A stretch of DNA of 62,864 nucleotides from Chiloscyllium plagiosum. Taxonomy: Eukaryota. Position 1 is the first letter of the stretch; every line of letters starts with the position of its first letter. This document shows, piece after piece, positions 37,890 to 50,559 of the stretch. A program made the translations under genes and the position numbers. Below the pieces are notes generated by a model. It saw nothing but the letters and a program-made list of their open reading frames with translations, made no database searches and was not told the origin of the DNA. The DNA lies in assembly GCF_004010195.1 (NCBI RefSeq), contig NC_057757.1, positions 834,041 through 896,904 of the forward strand, written 5' to 3'.

Positions 37890-40400
37890 AGGATGTTGTG
37901 AAACTTGAAAGGGTTCAGAAAAGATTTACAAGGGTGTTGCCATGGTTGGAGGGTTTGAGCTATAGGGAAGAGGCTGAATAGGCTGGGGCTGTTTTCCCTG
38001 AAACGTTGGAGGCTGGGGGGTGACCTGATAGAGAGGTTTATAAAACCATGACAGGCATGGCATGTTAAAAACCACCCAACACCAGGTTATAGTCCAACAG
38101 GTTTATTTGGAGTCACTAGCTTTTGAAGTCTGCTTCTTCATCAGGTGGTTGTGGAGCAGAATCATAGGACACACAATTTACAGCAACAGGATTGCAGTAT
38201 TATGGAATGTAATCTTAACCACATTTAACTTGAGTCTTTCACCTTTTAGAGTAATCATATTCGTTTTGGTTCCTTCATATGTAAACCCCAGAACTGTTTT
38301 AAAATTACATTCTCAAGATAGCTTTTAACAATAGGTGCCAGCTCAGCTCAGATAATGCATTGAAGGTGTGAGGTTAAAGTCTGTCTGTGTCCTAATGTTA
38401 GATCAGACTGATTCTATTTCTAAAGTGGGATTTACAGCATTTTACATGGATTTATGCAGTGTTTGAGCAAAATATAATGTAATTCTGCAAGTACAAATTC
38501 ACCCCACAAACGCGTGCACGCGCAGGGGAGATAAGTGAGTATGTGTGGGGTGACAGCTTGTGGGGTGTACATATGTGCACATGAGAGAGAGAGCTTGTGT
38601 ATGAGAGAGGGTCTGCGTGGGTGTATGGATCTGTAGGGGTTTGTGTGTGTGTGCGCGCGCCTGTGAGAGAGTTTGAGAGTGTATATTGCAGTGGGATCAC
38701 CCAAGAATTAAGACCTTGGGTTCATGTTGCACTACAGGTGATCCCACTGCACTATACACACTCACACCTACAAACCCACATAGACCCTCTCTCATATGCT
38801 CACACATACACCCTCTCACAGACTTCTACCCCATCACACTTTCATACATATTATGTGTTCGTAATTTTTATTAATGACTTGGATGAGCATATTTTGTGGA
38901 TTGAAGGATGGATCAGCAAGTTTGCAGACAACACAAAGGTTGGAAGTGTCGTTGACAGTACATAGGGCTGTTGTAGGCTGCAGCGGGACATTGACAGGAT
39001 GCAGAGATGGGCCGAGAGGTGGCAGATGGAGTTCAACCTGAATAAATGAGAGGTGATGCATTTTGGAAGGTCGAATTTGAAAGCTGAGTACAGGATTAAG
39101 GAAAAGATTCTTGGTAGTGTGGAGGAACAGAGGGATCTTGGTGTGCAGGTACACAGATCCTTTAAAATGGCCACCCAAGTGAACAGGGTTGTTAAGAAAG
39201 AATGGTGTTCTGGCTTTCATTAACAGGGGGATTGAGTTTAAGAGTCGTGAGATCCTGTTGCAGCTCTATAAAACTTTGGTTAGACCGCACTTGGAATACT
39301 GCGTCCAGTTCTGGTCGCCCTATGATAGGGAAGATGTGGATGCTTTGGAGAGGGTTCAGAGGAGGTTTACCAGGATGCTGCCTGGACTGGAGGGCTTATC
39401 TTATGAAGAGAGGTTGACTGAGCTCGGACTTTTTTCATTGGAGAAAAGGAGGAGGAGAGGGGACCTAATTGAGGTATACAAGATAATGAGAGGCATAGAT
39501 AGAGTCGATAGCCAGAGACTATTTCCCAGAAATGACTAACACGAGGGGTTATAGTTTTAAGCTGGTTGTACACACACTCCCTTGGTCTCCCCTGCGCATG
39601 CACGCATTTGTGGGGTGAATTTGTACTTGCAGAATTACATTATATTTTGCTCAAACACTGCATAAATCCATGTAAAATGCTGTAAATCCCACTTTAGAAA
39701 TAGAATCAGTCTGATCTAACGTTAGGACACAGACAGACTTTAACCTCACACCTTCAATGCATTATCTGAGCTGAGCTGGCACCTATTGTTAAAAGCTATC
39801 TTGAGAATGTAATTTTAAAACAGTTCTGGGATTTACATATGAAGGAACCAAAACGAATATGATTATTCTAAAAGGTGAAAGATTCAAGCTAAATGTGGTT
39901 AAGATTACATTCCATAATACTGCAATCCTGTTGCTGTAAATTTTGTCATCTGATTCTGCTCCACAACCGCCTGAAGGAGCAGTGCTCTGAAAGCTCATGC
40001 TTCCAAATAAACCTGTTGAACTATAATCTGGTGTTGTGTGATTTTTAACTTGGTCCACCCCTGTCCACACTGACACCTCCAAATCCGTAAATAGACAAGA
40101 TCTTTTCACCAGGGTCGGGGAGTCCAGAACTAGAGGGCATAGGTTTAGGGTGAGAGGGAAAAGATATAAAAGGGACCTAAGGGGCAACGTTTTCACACAG
40201 AGGGTGGTACATGTATGGAATGAGCTGCCACAAGAAATGCTGGTACAATTACAACATTTAAAAGGCATCTGGATGGGTATATGAATAGAAAGGGATATGA
40301 GCCAAGTGCTGGCAAATGGGAATAGATTAGTTTGGGATATCTGGTCGGCCTGGACTAATTGGACCAAAGGGTCAGTTTCCATGCTGTACGTCTCTATGAC
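37890..40400 (+). mobile_element. CR1 3' fragment split by a ~2-kb composite insert with long Penelope-derived inverted repeats enclosing a second CR1 RT fragment
   Basis: About 38060-38520 is the reverse complement of about 39600-40050; inner CR1 at about 38860-39565; outer CR1 resumes at about 40086. Confidence 0.8.
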
Positions 40401-42989
40401 ATCGCTTGTCCTCGCTGGAATTTGGAAGAATTGGGGAGGGGGATGAATCTAAAATCCTACTGAGACTGGATAGGCTACATGTGTCTTCACTCAGAGAGAG
40501 TTGTGAACCTGCGGAATTCTCTCAGTTCATTAGATACATTCGAGAGGGAACTGGACGTGATCCTTGTGGCTAAAGGGATCAAGGGGGATGGGGAGAAAGT
40601 GGGAGTGGGATACTGAGATTGCACGATCAGCCATGATCATAATGAATGGTGATGTAGGCTTGAAGGGCTGAATGACCTCCTCCTGTACTGATTTTCTATG
40701 TTTCTACAGGTAATTTACTTTACTTTACAGGTAATTTACTTTACCATCAGTAATAAGAGAAACTATTATGAAACAGGTTACAGCAGAGCACTTTGACATG
40801 TTCACGGAAATCGGGCAGAGTCAATGCGGTTTTGTGTGAAAGGAATCAGGTTGAACCAATTTATTGATATTCTTTGAGGAAGTAACAAGTAGATTATTCT
40901 ATATTTGTAACCAAGCTGCTCAGGTGTGTTATTGCTACTTCTGGAGCAGATGGAACTAACTCAGAGGTAGGGACACTACAATGATATAGGCAAATCAGCC
41001 CACGGAGTCTCCTCTCTACCGTTCGATCATGACTGATATATTTCTCAATAATGGGCCTTTGCCCCATTATCCTTGATCATCTTACTAATCAAGAACTTAT
41101 TTCTGTCTTAGTTATAGAGTCACACAGCACAGCAACAGACCCTTCGGTCCAACTCGGCCTTACCAACCAGACATGCTAAGTTAATCTAGTCCCATTTGCC
41201 AGCTCTTGGCCCATATCCCCCTAAACCCTTCATATTCATATACCCATCCAGATGCCTTTTAAATGTTGTAATTGTACCAGCCTCCATCACGTCCACCAGA
41301 AACTCATTCCATAAATGCACCACCCTCTGCATGAAAAATTTGTCCCTTAGGTCCCTTTTATATTTTTCCCCTCTGACCTTAAACTTAAGCCTTCGAGTTT
41401 GGGTTCCTCACACTGGGAATTAAATACACTCAGGTTTCAGACACTCCCTCAGACCTATTAGATGTTGACAGATGTACGTAATGTACTTGGATTTCCAGAA
41501 AGCCTAAGACAAGGTGCCAAATATATGTTTAGTGGAATATAAAAGCTCATAGCAAATGGGTTAGCATGTTGGCACAAGTGGAAGATCTGACGGGCTAACA
41601 GGACAGAATGGGCAAAAATAGGACAGTTTTCTGGTTGGAAAGTTGCAGGTGGTATGCCACAGGGGTGATGCTAGGGTGTCAACCTTTTATAATAAACGCC
41701 TGCTTAAACTGGTTGTCATGTTTCTAAAAATTGTAACTTTAAATGAGACACGATTTCCCATAGGAACCAACGTGAAAACCAGAATTAAGTCCCTCCAGAC
41801 ATTTCTGCTCTGAAAATAAGTGTAGAGATTGAAATTCCAAATTGTACATGCATGCTCCCTAGCCGATGATAATCTGTAGAATAACGTAAACCACTAAACG
41901 TAAAAGAAACTCCGCACAGTTAGCTAGCCAAGGACTTTTCTCAGCAGAAAACCATTTTAAGACATTAAACTGAAACGGTAAAAACCCGAAAGAAATGCGG
42001 ATACTGGGAATCAGAAATGAAAACAGAAATGGCTGGAAAAGCTCAGCAGGTAAGGCAGCATCTGTGGAGAGAAATCAAGAAGCTAAAATGACACAAATTC
42101 CTAAATGCCTTCATTGATAAATAGTCACTAAAACAAAATAATTCAAAATACACTAAAGAAAAATTATTCATTTAAAGCTTTAATTGATCGGGTATCATCT
42201 AGTGGCAGAAGTCAGTTGGTACAGGAAGAAATTCCTGTACTGACCAAACTTTGGCATTAGATGGATCCCAGGGTTTCAGTGCAAGCTCAGAGCAAGAGGC
42301 AGGGAAAAAGCCTGAAAGTAGGCCGGCTACAGAATAGGAAGCCTGGGGAACAACAGTAAACTGAAACTCAACGTCCAACACATATCTTGTTGCTATTTTA
42401 TGAACGCCTTTAAAGTGAAACATTGTTAACTGAGCCAACTTTAAATGGAGATTTGGTATAGAAACATCTTGGATGAAGGCACTAAAGGTATGGTTGCTAA
42501 GTTTCATGATGATACAGAAGTAGGACTCAGGAATGCTCCTGGATCTCCCTCGTGAGCAGAGCAGTAAGAAAATTTAGCAATTTTACTGTCCTGGAATGCG
42601 TGTGTAAGGGTCAGATTTCTGAGGCATTGGGACTGGTTCTGGGGAAGGTGGGACCTGCACAAGCCAAATGGTCTACCCCAGAACAGGAAAATAAAACAAA
42701 AAAGGGGAAAACAGAGACTTGAAATATTAGCTTGCTTTCTCTCCCCGGATACTGCCTGACCTGCTGTGAATTCCAGCATCTGCTCCTACAAAGAACTGGG
42801 GATGCTGAAGATCTGAAACCAAAACACAAATTGCTGGAGAAACCCAGCATGGCTGACAGCATTTGCGCAGCGAAAGCAGAGTTAACAATTCAGATCCAGT
42901 GATCCTGCTTCAGAACTCATAATGCACTCACGAATTGAAAAGTCTGCTGATCGCACAGTTAAAAGCAGATTGGGTTAACAGTGGCTCAC

Positions 42990-43082
42990 CTCTCTGCAGG
43001 GCGGAATGTAGCCAGTGTACGCCAGAACAAAGTTACAGAACTGATTGAAGTCCTCCACTGTACGCTTCCGTTTCTCAGCTGG
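42990..43082 (-). CDS. PHF23: PHF23 exon 3 ([31 protein letters not shown])
   Basis: ttgcag acceptor and GAG|gtgagc donor; 93 nt; conserved PHF13/PHF23 N-terminal motif. Confidence 0.93.
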
Positions 43083-43769
43083 CTGCAATGATACACGAGG
43101 GTTAGACAGGGACAGGCAGGGCAGGCACAAAAACTGGGAGTGTCAGTCGGGATAAACAACACTTCCGTCGTCACACTTGGCTCATATTCACAAATCAAAT
43201 TGCATGGATTCGTGATTTTTTTTTGTTTAATTTTTTGTGGGCGTCAATGACAAAGCCAGCATTTGTTACCCATCTTGAAGTGAGTGACCATTTAACAGGG
43301 TAGTTGAGAGTTTAACCACGTCACAGACAGGCCTGGCCAGGTAAGGATGCCTTCCCTGAAGGATTTGAGTGTCCATTTCTATGACTCTGAGAGAACAAGG
43401 TGGTGATGATCAATGATTTATTAACGAATTGAGTCGACATGCTAGGATTTGGCATGGTATTAGCCTGGGTCTCTGGATTATTAATCTGGTAACATTACCA
43501 CGGTGCTATTTCCCACCGGTTCTCAAAAGTAAAGAGCACGATCCCACTCTCCAGAGCTGGCAGAACACCTACTCTGGCCTGTTCAGGAAGAAGGATGAGG
43601 GGACTGGGGAAGGATGAGGGGACTGGGGAAGGATGGGAGGACAAGGTTGAGTGAATTTTGTGCATCTCTGGGCACCCTCAAGTCTACCTGGCAGTAATCA
43701 GAAGTTGAACCAGAGTGACATGCCTCAAGCTACATGGGGTCAGGGTCTCGTTGTACAGTCAGCACTCAC

Positions 43770-43801
43770 CTGAGAGTCTGCTCCGACAGTTTGCAATGGA
43801 T
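43770..43801 (-). CDS. PHF23: PHF23 micro-exon 2 (DPLQTVGADSQ)
   Basis: ttttctttggctttcag acceptor and CAG|gtgagt donor; 32 nt converts phase 1 to phase 0 exactly as needed. Confidence 0.8.
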
Positions 43802-44389
43802 CTGAAAGCCAAAGAAAACCAAGTTAGAGAACTGCAGATTCAGGGCTTTCCTGACAATGGCACTCACTCCCATAAAGCAATCCATTTAATCCAACATCCT
43901 TGTACTACTCTCGACCTCAGATGGCAGACTTCTTCTGCTGCACCACCACCGCGCCCCCTCCAACGTCCCCAGAAAACAGTCCATGCTCTTATCACCCACT
44001 CACACTTCAACCATCGATTCTAGGGAACGTTTATCTCTCATCGGCCCAACTGTCACAGCAACCAGTGTCCCGCTCTCAACCCTCTCCCACTCTGTATTTC
44101 TCACTCTCCAACATGTTCCACTACGAAACACTGGCTTAATGGGTAGCGGATATGCCTGAGTCATAGTTATTCAGCACAGAAACATGGCCATGCCATTTGT
44201 CAGCACTTGGCCCATATCCCTCTAAACCCTTCCTGTTCATATTCCCATCCAGATGCCTTCTCTATTTACCCTAACCATGTCCCTAATGATTTTATAAAGC
44301 ATTATAAGGTCACCAGTCAGCATCTGATGATCCAGGGAAAATAGCTTAGGGTGGGCACAGAGTGAGTGCACACTGGGGGGGGGAGAACA

Positions 44390-45140
44390 GAGGGAGCGCT
44401 GCACTGTGGGGTGCGGGGGCAGCGAGGGAGCGCTGCACTGTGGGGTGCGGGGGCAGCGAGGGAGCGCTGCACTGTGGGGTGCGGGGGCAGCGCCGCACTG
44501 CGGGCTGCGGGGGCAGCGCCGCACTGCGGGCTGCGGGGGCAGCGAGGGAGCGCCGCACTGCGGGCTGCGGGGGCAGCGAGGGAGCGCCGCACTGCGGGCT
44601 GCGGGGGCAGCGAGGGAGCACCGCACTGCGGGGTGCGGGGGCAGCGAGGGAGCGCCGCACTGCGGGCTGCGGGGGCAGCGAGGGAGCACCGCACTGCGGG
44701 GTGCGGGGGCAGCGAGGGAGCGCCGCACTGCGGGCTGCGGGGGCAGCGAGGGAGCACCGCACTGCGGGGTGCGGGGGCAGCGAGGGAGCGCCGCACTGCG
44801 GGGTGCAGGGGCAGCGAGGGAGCGCCGCACTGCGGGCTGCGGGGGCAGCGAGGGAGCGCCGCACTGCGGGCTGCGGGGGCAGCGAGGGAGCACCGCACTG
44901 CGGGGTGCGGGGGCAGCGAGGGAGCGCCGCACTGCGGGCTGCGGGGGCAGCGAGGGAGCACCGCACTGCGGGGTGCGGGGGCAGCGAGGGAGCGCCGCAC
45001 TGCGGGCTGCGGGGGCAGCGAGGGAGCACCGCACTGCGGGGTGCGGGGGCAGCGAGGGAGCGCCGCACTGCGGGCTGCGGGGGCAGCGAGGGAGCACCGC
45101 ACTGCGGGGTGCGGGGGCAGCGAGGGAGCGCCGCACTGCG
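44390..45140. repeat. Very GC/CpG-rich 31-bp tandem repeat (GCAGCGAGGGAGCGCCGCACTGCGGGCTGCGGGG family)
   Basis: More than 20 tandem units; related to the 31-bp satellite elsewhere in the window. Confidence 0.92.
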
Positions 45141-46940
45141 GGACATATCGCAGAGAGACCAGGCCGACATACCGCCCAGAGACTGGGTTTACTTACTGCA
45201 GAGAGACCAGGCAGACATATTGCAGAGAGACCGGGCTGACTTACTGCCCAGCGACTGGGCAGACATACCGCCCAGAGACCGGAATAACATACCGCAGAGA
45301 GACCAGGCTGACATACCGCCCAGAGACCGGCTCACATACCACAGAATGACCAGGCTGATATACTGCTGAGAGACCGGGCTGATGTACCGCTGACAGACGG
45401 GGCTGACATATTGCTGAGAGACCGGGGTGTTATATTGCTGAGAGACTGGACTGACAGACCGCTGACAGACTGGGCTGACTTACCGCAGAGACCGGGCTGA
45501 CATATTGCAGAGAGACTGAGCTGACATACCGCCCAGCGACCGGGCTGACAGACCGCCCAGAGAGAGGAATAACATACCGCAGAGAGCGGGCAGACATACC
45601 GCCCAGAGACCGAACTGATATACCGCAGAGAGACTGGGCTGACATACCGCACAGAGACCGTACTGACATACCACCCAGAGACTGAAATGACATACCGCAC
45701 AGAGACCGGGCTGACATACTGCACAGAGACCGGATTGCCATACCGCACAGAGACTGGGCTCACACGCCGCAGAGAGACCGGACTGCCATACCGTACAGAG
45801 ATCGTGCTTACAAACTGCCCTGAGACCAGGCTGACATACTACAGAGAGACAAAGCTGACATACTGCAGAGAGACCGGGCCGACATACAGCCGAGAGACCG
45901 GGCTGACATACTGCAGAGAGATCGGGCTGATATACCACAGTGAGACCATCCTGACGTTCCGCCTAGAGACTGGGCTGACATTCCGCAGAGAGACTGGGCT
46001 GACATACCGGACAGAGAGCGGGCTGACATATCGCACAGAGACTGGGCTGTCATACCGCACAGAGACCGGGTTGACATATTGCAGAGAGACCGGCCTGAAA
46101 TACCGCTTAGAGGCTGGGTTGACATACAGCAGAGAGACCGGACAGATATACCACAGGGAGACCGGGCTGGCATACTGCAGGCAGACCTGGCTGACATACC
46201 GCCCAGAGACCGGGCTGACATACCGCAGACAAACCGGGCTGATATACCGCCGTGAGACCAGGCTGTCATATCGCAGAGAGACCGGGCTGACATACCTCAG
46301 AGAGACCGGGCCGACATACAACCCAGAGACCAGGCTGACATACCACAGAGAGACAAAGCTGACATACCGCAGAGAGACCGGGTTGACATACTGCACAGAC
46401 CAGGCTGACATACTGCAGAGAGACCGGGCCGACATACAGCAGAGAGACCAGGCAGATATACCACAGGGAGCCGGGCTGGCATACCGCAGGCAGACCAGGC
46501 TAACATACCGCCCAGAGACCAGGCCGACATACCGCAGACAAACCGGGCTGATATATCGTCGTGAGACCAAGCTGGCATATCGCAGAGAGACCTGGCTGAC
46601 ATACCTCAGAGAGACCGGGCCGACATACAATCCAGAGACCGGGTTGACATACCGCACAGAGACCGGCTGACATACTGCAGAGAGACTGGGCCCACATACT
46701 GTAAAGAGATCGGGCTGACATACCGCCCAAAGACCATGGTGACATACCGCAGAGAGACCGGGCTGACATACTGCCGAGAGACCGCGCAGACATACCGCTG
46801 ATAGACTGGGCTGACATACCGCAGAGAGACCGGGCAGACTTACCGCACAGAGAGCAGGCCGACATACAGCCCAGAGACTGGGCTGATATACTGCAGAGTG
46901 ACCGGGCTGACATACCGCAGAGAGACCAGGCTGACATATT
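45140..46940. repeat. 24-bp minisatellite (CTGACATACCGCAGAGAGACCGGG)
   Basis: Dozens of degenerate tandem units; translates as TYRRETGL repeats. Confidence 0.92.
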
Positions 46941-47459
46941 ATAATTTGTCTGCTCACTGAATATGGGGATTTTTTTCAATTTTGTGCCCCTGTTTTAATG
47001 TCGTCCGCTCATGATGAAGAGATGTTGCTTTTCACTGAGTCAGAGTCAGCGATACTCAGCAGAGAAAATTGGCAAAACATAACATGAAATAAACATTCTG
47101 AAAATGATAGCTAGGCAGAGTTTAAAAGTGACACAATATTAGTGTCCTTGGGTATTACAGAAAACAACTCTTCACTCATAGTCATCAACAGTCAAACATG
47201 ATTTTTTTTTAGGCTGTTATTGCTAGATTGGAGATTGTCTGAGTTAAACATTGATGCAAATTCTGTTTTTCAGCAAAATTGCATTTAATCTGTCAGAAGC
47301 TAAGAAATTTTACTGTGTTCTCATTAACTTCTGTCACAATCTGCGATATGCAATTAGAGAGATTGATATTCATTGCATAACCTCAAGCTGAACTTTTTCT
47401 ATCTTTTCTACAAGTTTGTTCTCCCAATCGCGCTCTCCTATGCCATTAGGCTTTGATTC

Positions 47460-47790
47460 ATTGAATCCCGACAATGAAAAAGGGTCCATTTGGCTCATTG
47501 AGTCTGCATCAACCCTGTGAAGAGCAACCCCCCAAGACCCAGCTCCCCTCAACCGTTCCCCATAACCCTGCATTTCTCCAAGGCTAATCCACCCAGCCTG
47601 CACATCCCTGGACACTGCAGACAACCTGTATATCTTTGTACTATGGTAGGAAACTGGAGAACCCAGCAGAAACCCACGTAGGCATGGGAAGATTATACAA
47701 ATTCTACATAGACAGCTACCCAAGGCTGGAATCCAACCTGGGTCCCTGGCATTGTGAAGCTGCAGTGCTAACCATTGAGCCACCATGCTG
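47460..47790 (-). mobile_element. Degenerate V-SINE
   Basis: tRNA-like head at about 47720-47790 and a diverged V-domain. Confidence 0.7.
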
Positions 47791-49129
47791 CCCCAATCCC
47801 ACAAAATTCTTCTGTGCCTTGATAGCTTACTGTACTTTCTGGAAGAATGGGAGTGTAATTGGCAAAGGAGAGAACAGTAACATGCCACAGATAGCAGAGA
47901 CCCTGACCATGCCAGGACTTTGGATCTTCTGAAGACCCTTGCAAGAGTCCAGGTTTCTTACAATGTCTTTACAAAGATCGTATTGACACTGCTTTTATCT
48001 CCTTGAATACTGAAGATGGAGGGGTTTAATGACTTGGTGAAGTGGCAGATGAATCCAGAACAAGAGGGTTTGCAGTAAATGTAGAGCCAGAGCCATTCAG
48101 AGGTAATGTCTGGAAACACTCCCTCATACAATGGGAGGTTGGACATCTGCAACTCCCTCTCGCAAGCAGCTCTGACTGTTGGAGATTAATGAAATTGCTC
48201 CAATGTGAAATTCATAGATTTCTATTATTAATAGGCATTATGAGTTTGGGAACCAAGATATGTGGAAAGAGGGAGGTGATGACCTAGTGGTATTATTACT
48301 AGACTGTTAATCCAGAGACCCAGGTAATGTTCTGGGGATTGGATTTGAATCCCACAATGGTAGATGGTTGAATTTGAATTCAATGAAAATCTGGAATGAA
48401 CTGCCTAATGATGATCATGAATCTATTGTCAATTTTCAAGACAAACCGATGTGATTCACTAACGTCCTTCAGGGAAGGAGACTGCCATCCTTATCTGGTC
48501 TGGACTACATGGTTTGCCTGACCCACAACTATGTGGTTGACTCTTAACTGCCTTCAGGGATGGCCTAGCCAGTGATGCCCTCACCCTGTGAATGAATGAA
48601 AATCAAACATGATTTCATCAAAGAGTGGAACACGATCAATGTGCAGAATGACCTCCTCCTGCTTCTAAATAATGGAAGATCTAAGTGTGTAAACAAACAT
48701 AGCAATTAATAGACAAATATAAAAGAAGCAATGTCTTGCATTTATATTGTGCCTTTTACAGTCAACAAATGAACCAAAGTGCTTTACTGGTCACAGATAT
48801 AATAGAGGTAGCACCACGAATAAAAATGTTTGAATTCATCTCTTCAGTAGGCACATAATGCAATGTTAATAGAGTTGTTGACTTTCCCAGAGATCAATAT
48901 CTGTCAATGAGTTGACAATAGATCCAGCCATGAGGTGGGGAAAATCCACAGAGATGGAGAGACTTGAGAACCAAAAATCCAAGGTCACCTTCCCCTCACA
49001 AGTGTTTCTCTATGTTATGTACCAAATTACTGAGATACTGGATATCAAAACATTATTATCTGAAAGAAACCAATCTAATTTTTATTTGAAATATTTTGAA
49101 TTCAAAACCCTACCATTTCTGAATTCAAC

Positions 49130-50100
49130 ACCTCCCCCTCACCCCCCCGCCCCCCCCCCCCCCCCCCCCCGAGTGTACCCCCCCCCACCCCCCGGGACTC
49201 CCTCTGGGGGTCGGTCTCTCTCCCCCCTCCCCCTCCCCGGGGTCTCCCTGCCCCCCGGGGCACGGGCTCGGTGATGTTGATGAAGACTCTCTCACCCTCC
49301 GCCATCTTCAGCATCGCCGCCGCCGCCGAGAACCGACTCCTCCTCCTCACGGACACGCGCACCGACCCTCTCCCCCGCGCGCGCCCCCGCTCGCCGGCCG
49401 CACTCGATGCCACGAGGACGCGCTTTCCACCGCCCGCAACAAACACACTCTCTGCCTTTCCCGGCGCGCGCTCCTCCCTCACCGTCACGTGTTTCCCCCC
49501 TTTTCCCGGGAGCGCGCGCTCGCCCCACCACCAACCCCCCTCCTCCGCGGGGGCGTGCCCGCCTCTCGCGCCCTTTTTCCCCTCGGGACGTTTTTTTTTC
49601 GCACACTCCGCCCTTCCAGTGACGCAAGACACCAGCACGGAGCAACGCAGGAGTGGGGGGGGGGCTTCCTCCTCCTCATTCAAAGCAAAAAGCGGCTTCT
49701 TCATCTCATCTCCCTGCCGTCACGTTGAATACCCTTTATAATAATAATGTTCACTTTCTAATTGTATAAACGCATGAAGAAAAGTCCTCGAAGCTTTCGA
49801 TTTGTTTCAACCTAAACCTTGATATTCCTGCCCCCCCCCCCACTATTCCTCTGCTTTGGATTACTCCAGCTTCAAAGGCCAAGGTCGTTTCGTCAGAGCG
49901 TACTTTTTTTCAGCGCGCAGCGACGTGGGGCGTGCTTACGTCATCACACGGGGGCGGGGAAGCGCGCCTATGTCATGCACAATGCGCCTACGCATACGCA
50001 GTAATGCGTCATCGCGTCAGGTTGGACGTACAGTAGTAGGTTGGTAGAAGAAATCGCCGCCATGTTGGTAATGGAGCTGGACCAAGTTGGCACATCAGGT
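49130..50100. promoter_or_regulatory. CpG-island promoter of PHF23, probably bidirectional
   Basis: CpG-rich; CRE/ATF-like TTACGTCA and TGCGTCA, GC box, and YY1-like CCGCCATGTT at about 50057-50066. Confidence 0.7.
49296..49314 (-). CDS. PHF23: PHF23 exon 1 coding part (MLKMAE)
   Basis: ATG preceded by a GCG repeat in the CpG island; G|gtgaga donor; resembles human MLEAMAE. Confidence 0.8.
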
Positions 50101-50559
50101 GGGTGTAGAGTTTAGAGATCTTTCTAATCACTGAGTTGCCATTATTAAAGCTTGCACACTTTTATTGTTTTATAGAGAGTTTTTCATCATTGGCGTTTGG
50201 CTGAATTCCCCAAACCTGAATTATATCTTGGTGGTTGTGGCAGCAGCCATCCCTCAGACCCTTTGAATCATTGATTTCCATTTTGTTGGAAAGTCGAGGT
50301 GACATCTGTTGGGACTCTTCCTAGATTTTCTCAAGAGCACTTAACTTTGTCAGTGATACTGTTCTCACATCTCTCGAGTGGGTGGGCTGATTCTGAAGAT
50401 ATAATCTCTTGGAGACAGCAATAGCAATGAATAAGACAAGGAGAGCATAAGAAATAGGAAATAAGGCGTGTGTTCAGCCAGTCGAGCCTGCTTTGCCATT
50501 CAAGAAGATCATGGCTCCTCTGACATTCCTCACGTACACCTTCCTGCTCTTTCCCCATA

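Noticed and set aside
44237..46979. Several 260-370-aa ORFs with repetitive peptides
   Set aside because: Stop-free read-through of 31-bp and 24-bp tandem repeats in several frames and on both strands, inside a PHF23 intron
33551..49314. PHF13 as the identity of the PHD gene
   Set aside because: The N-terminus (MLKMAE..., 32-nt micro-exon) and motifs FVKKA, LKDSL and MDEDIMVES fit PHF23 better
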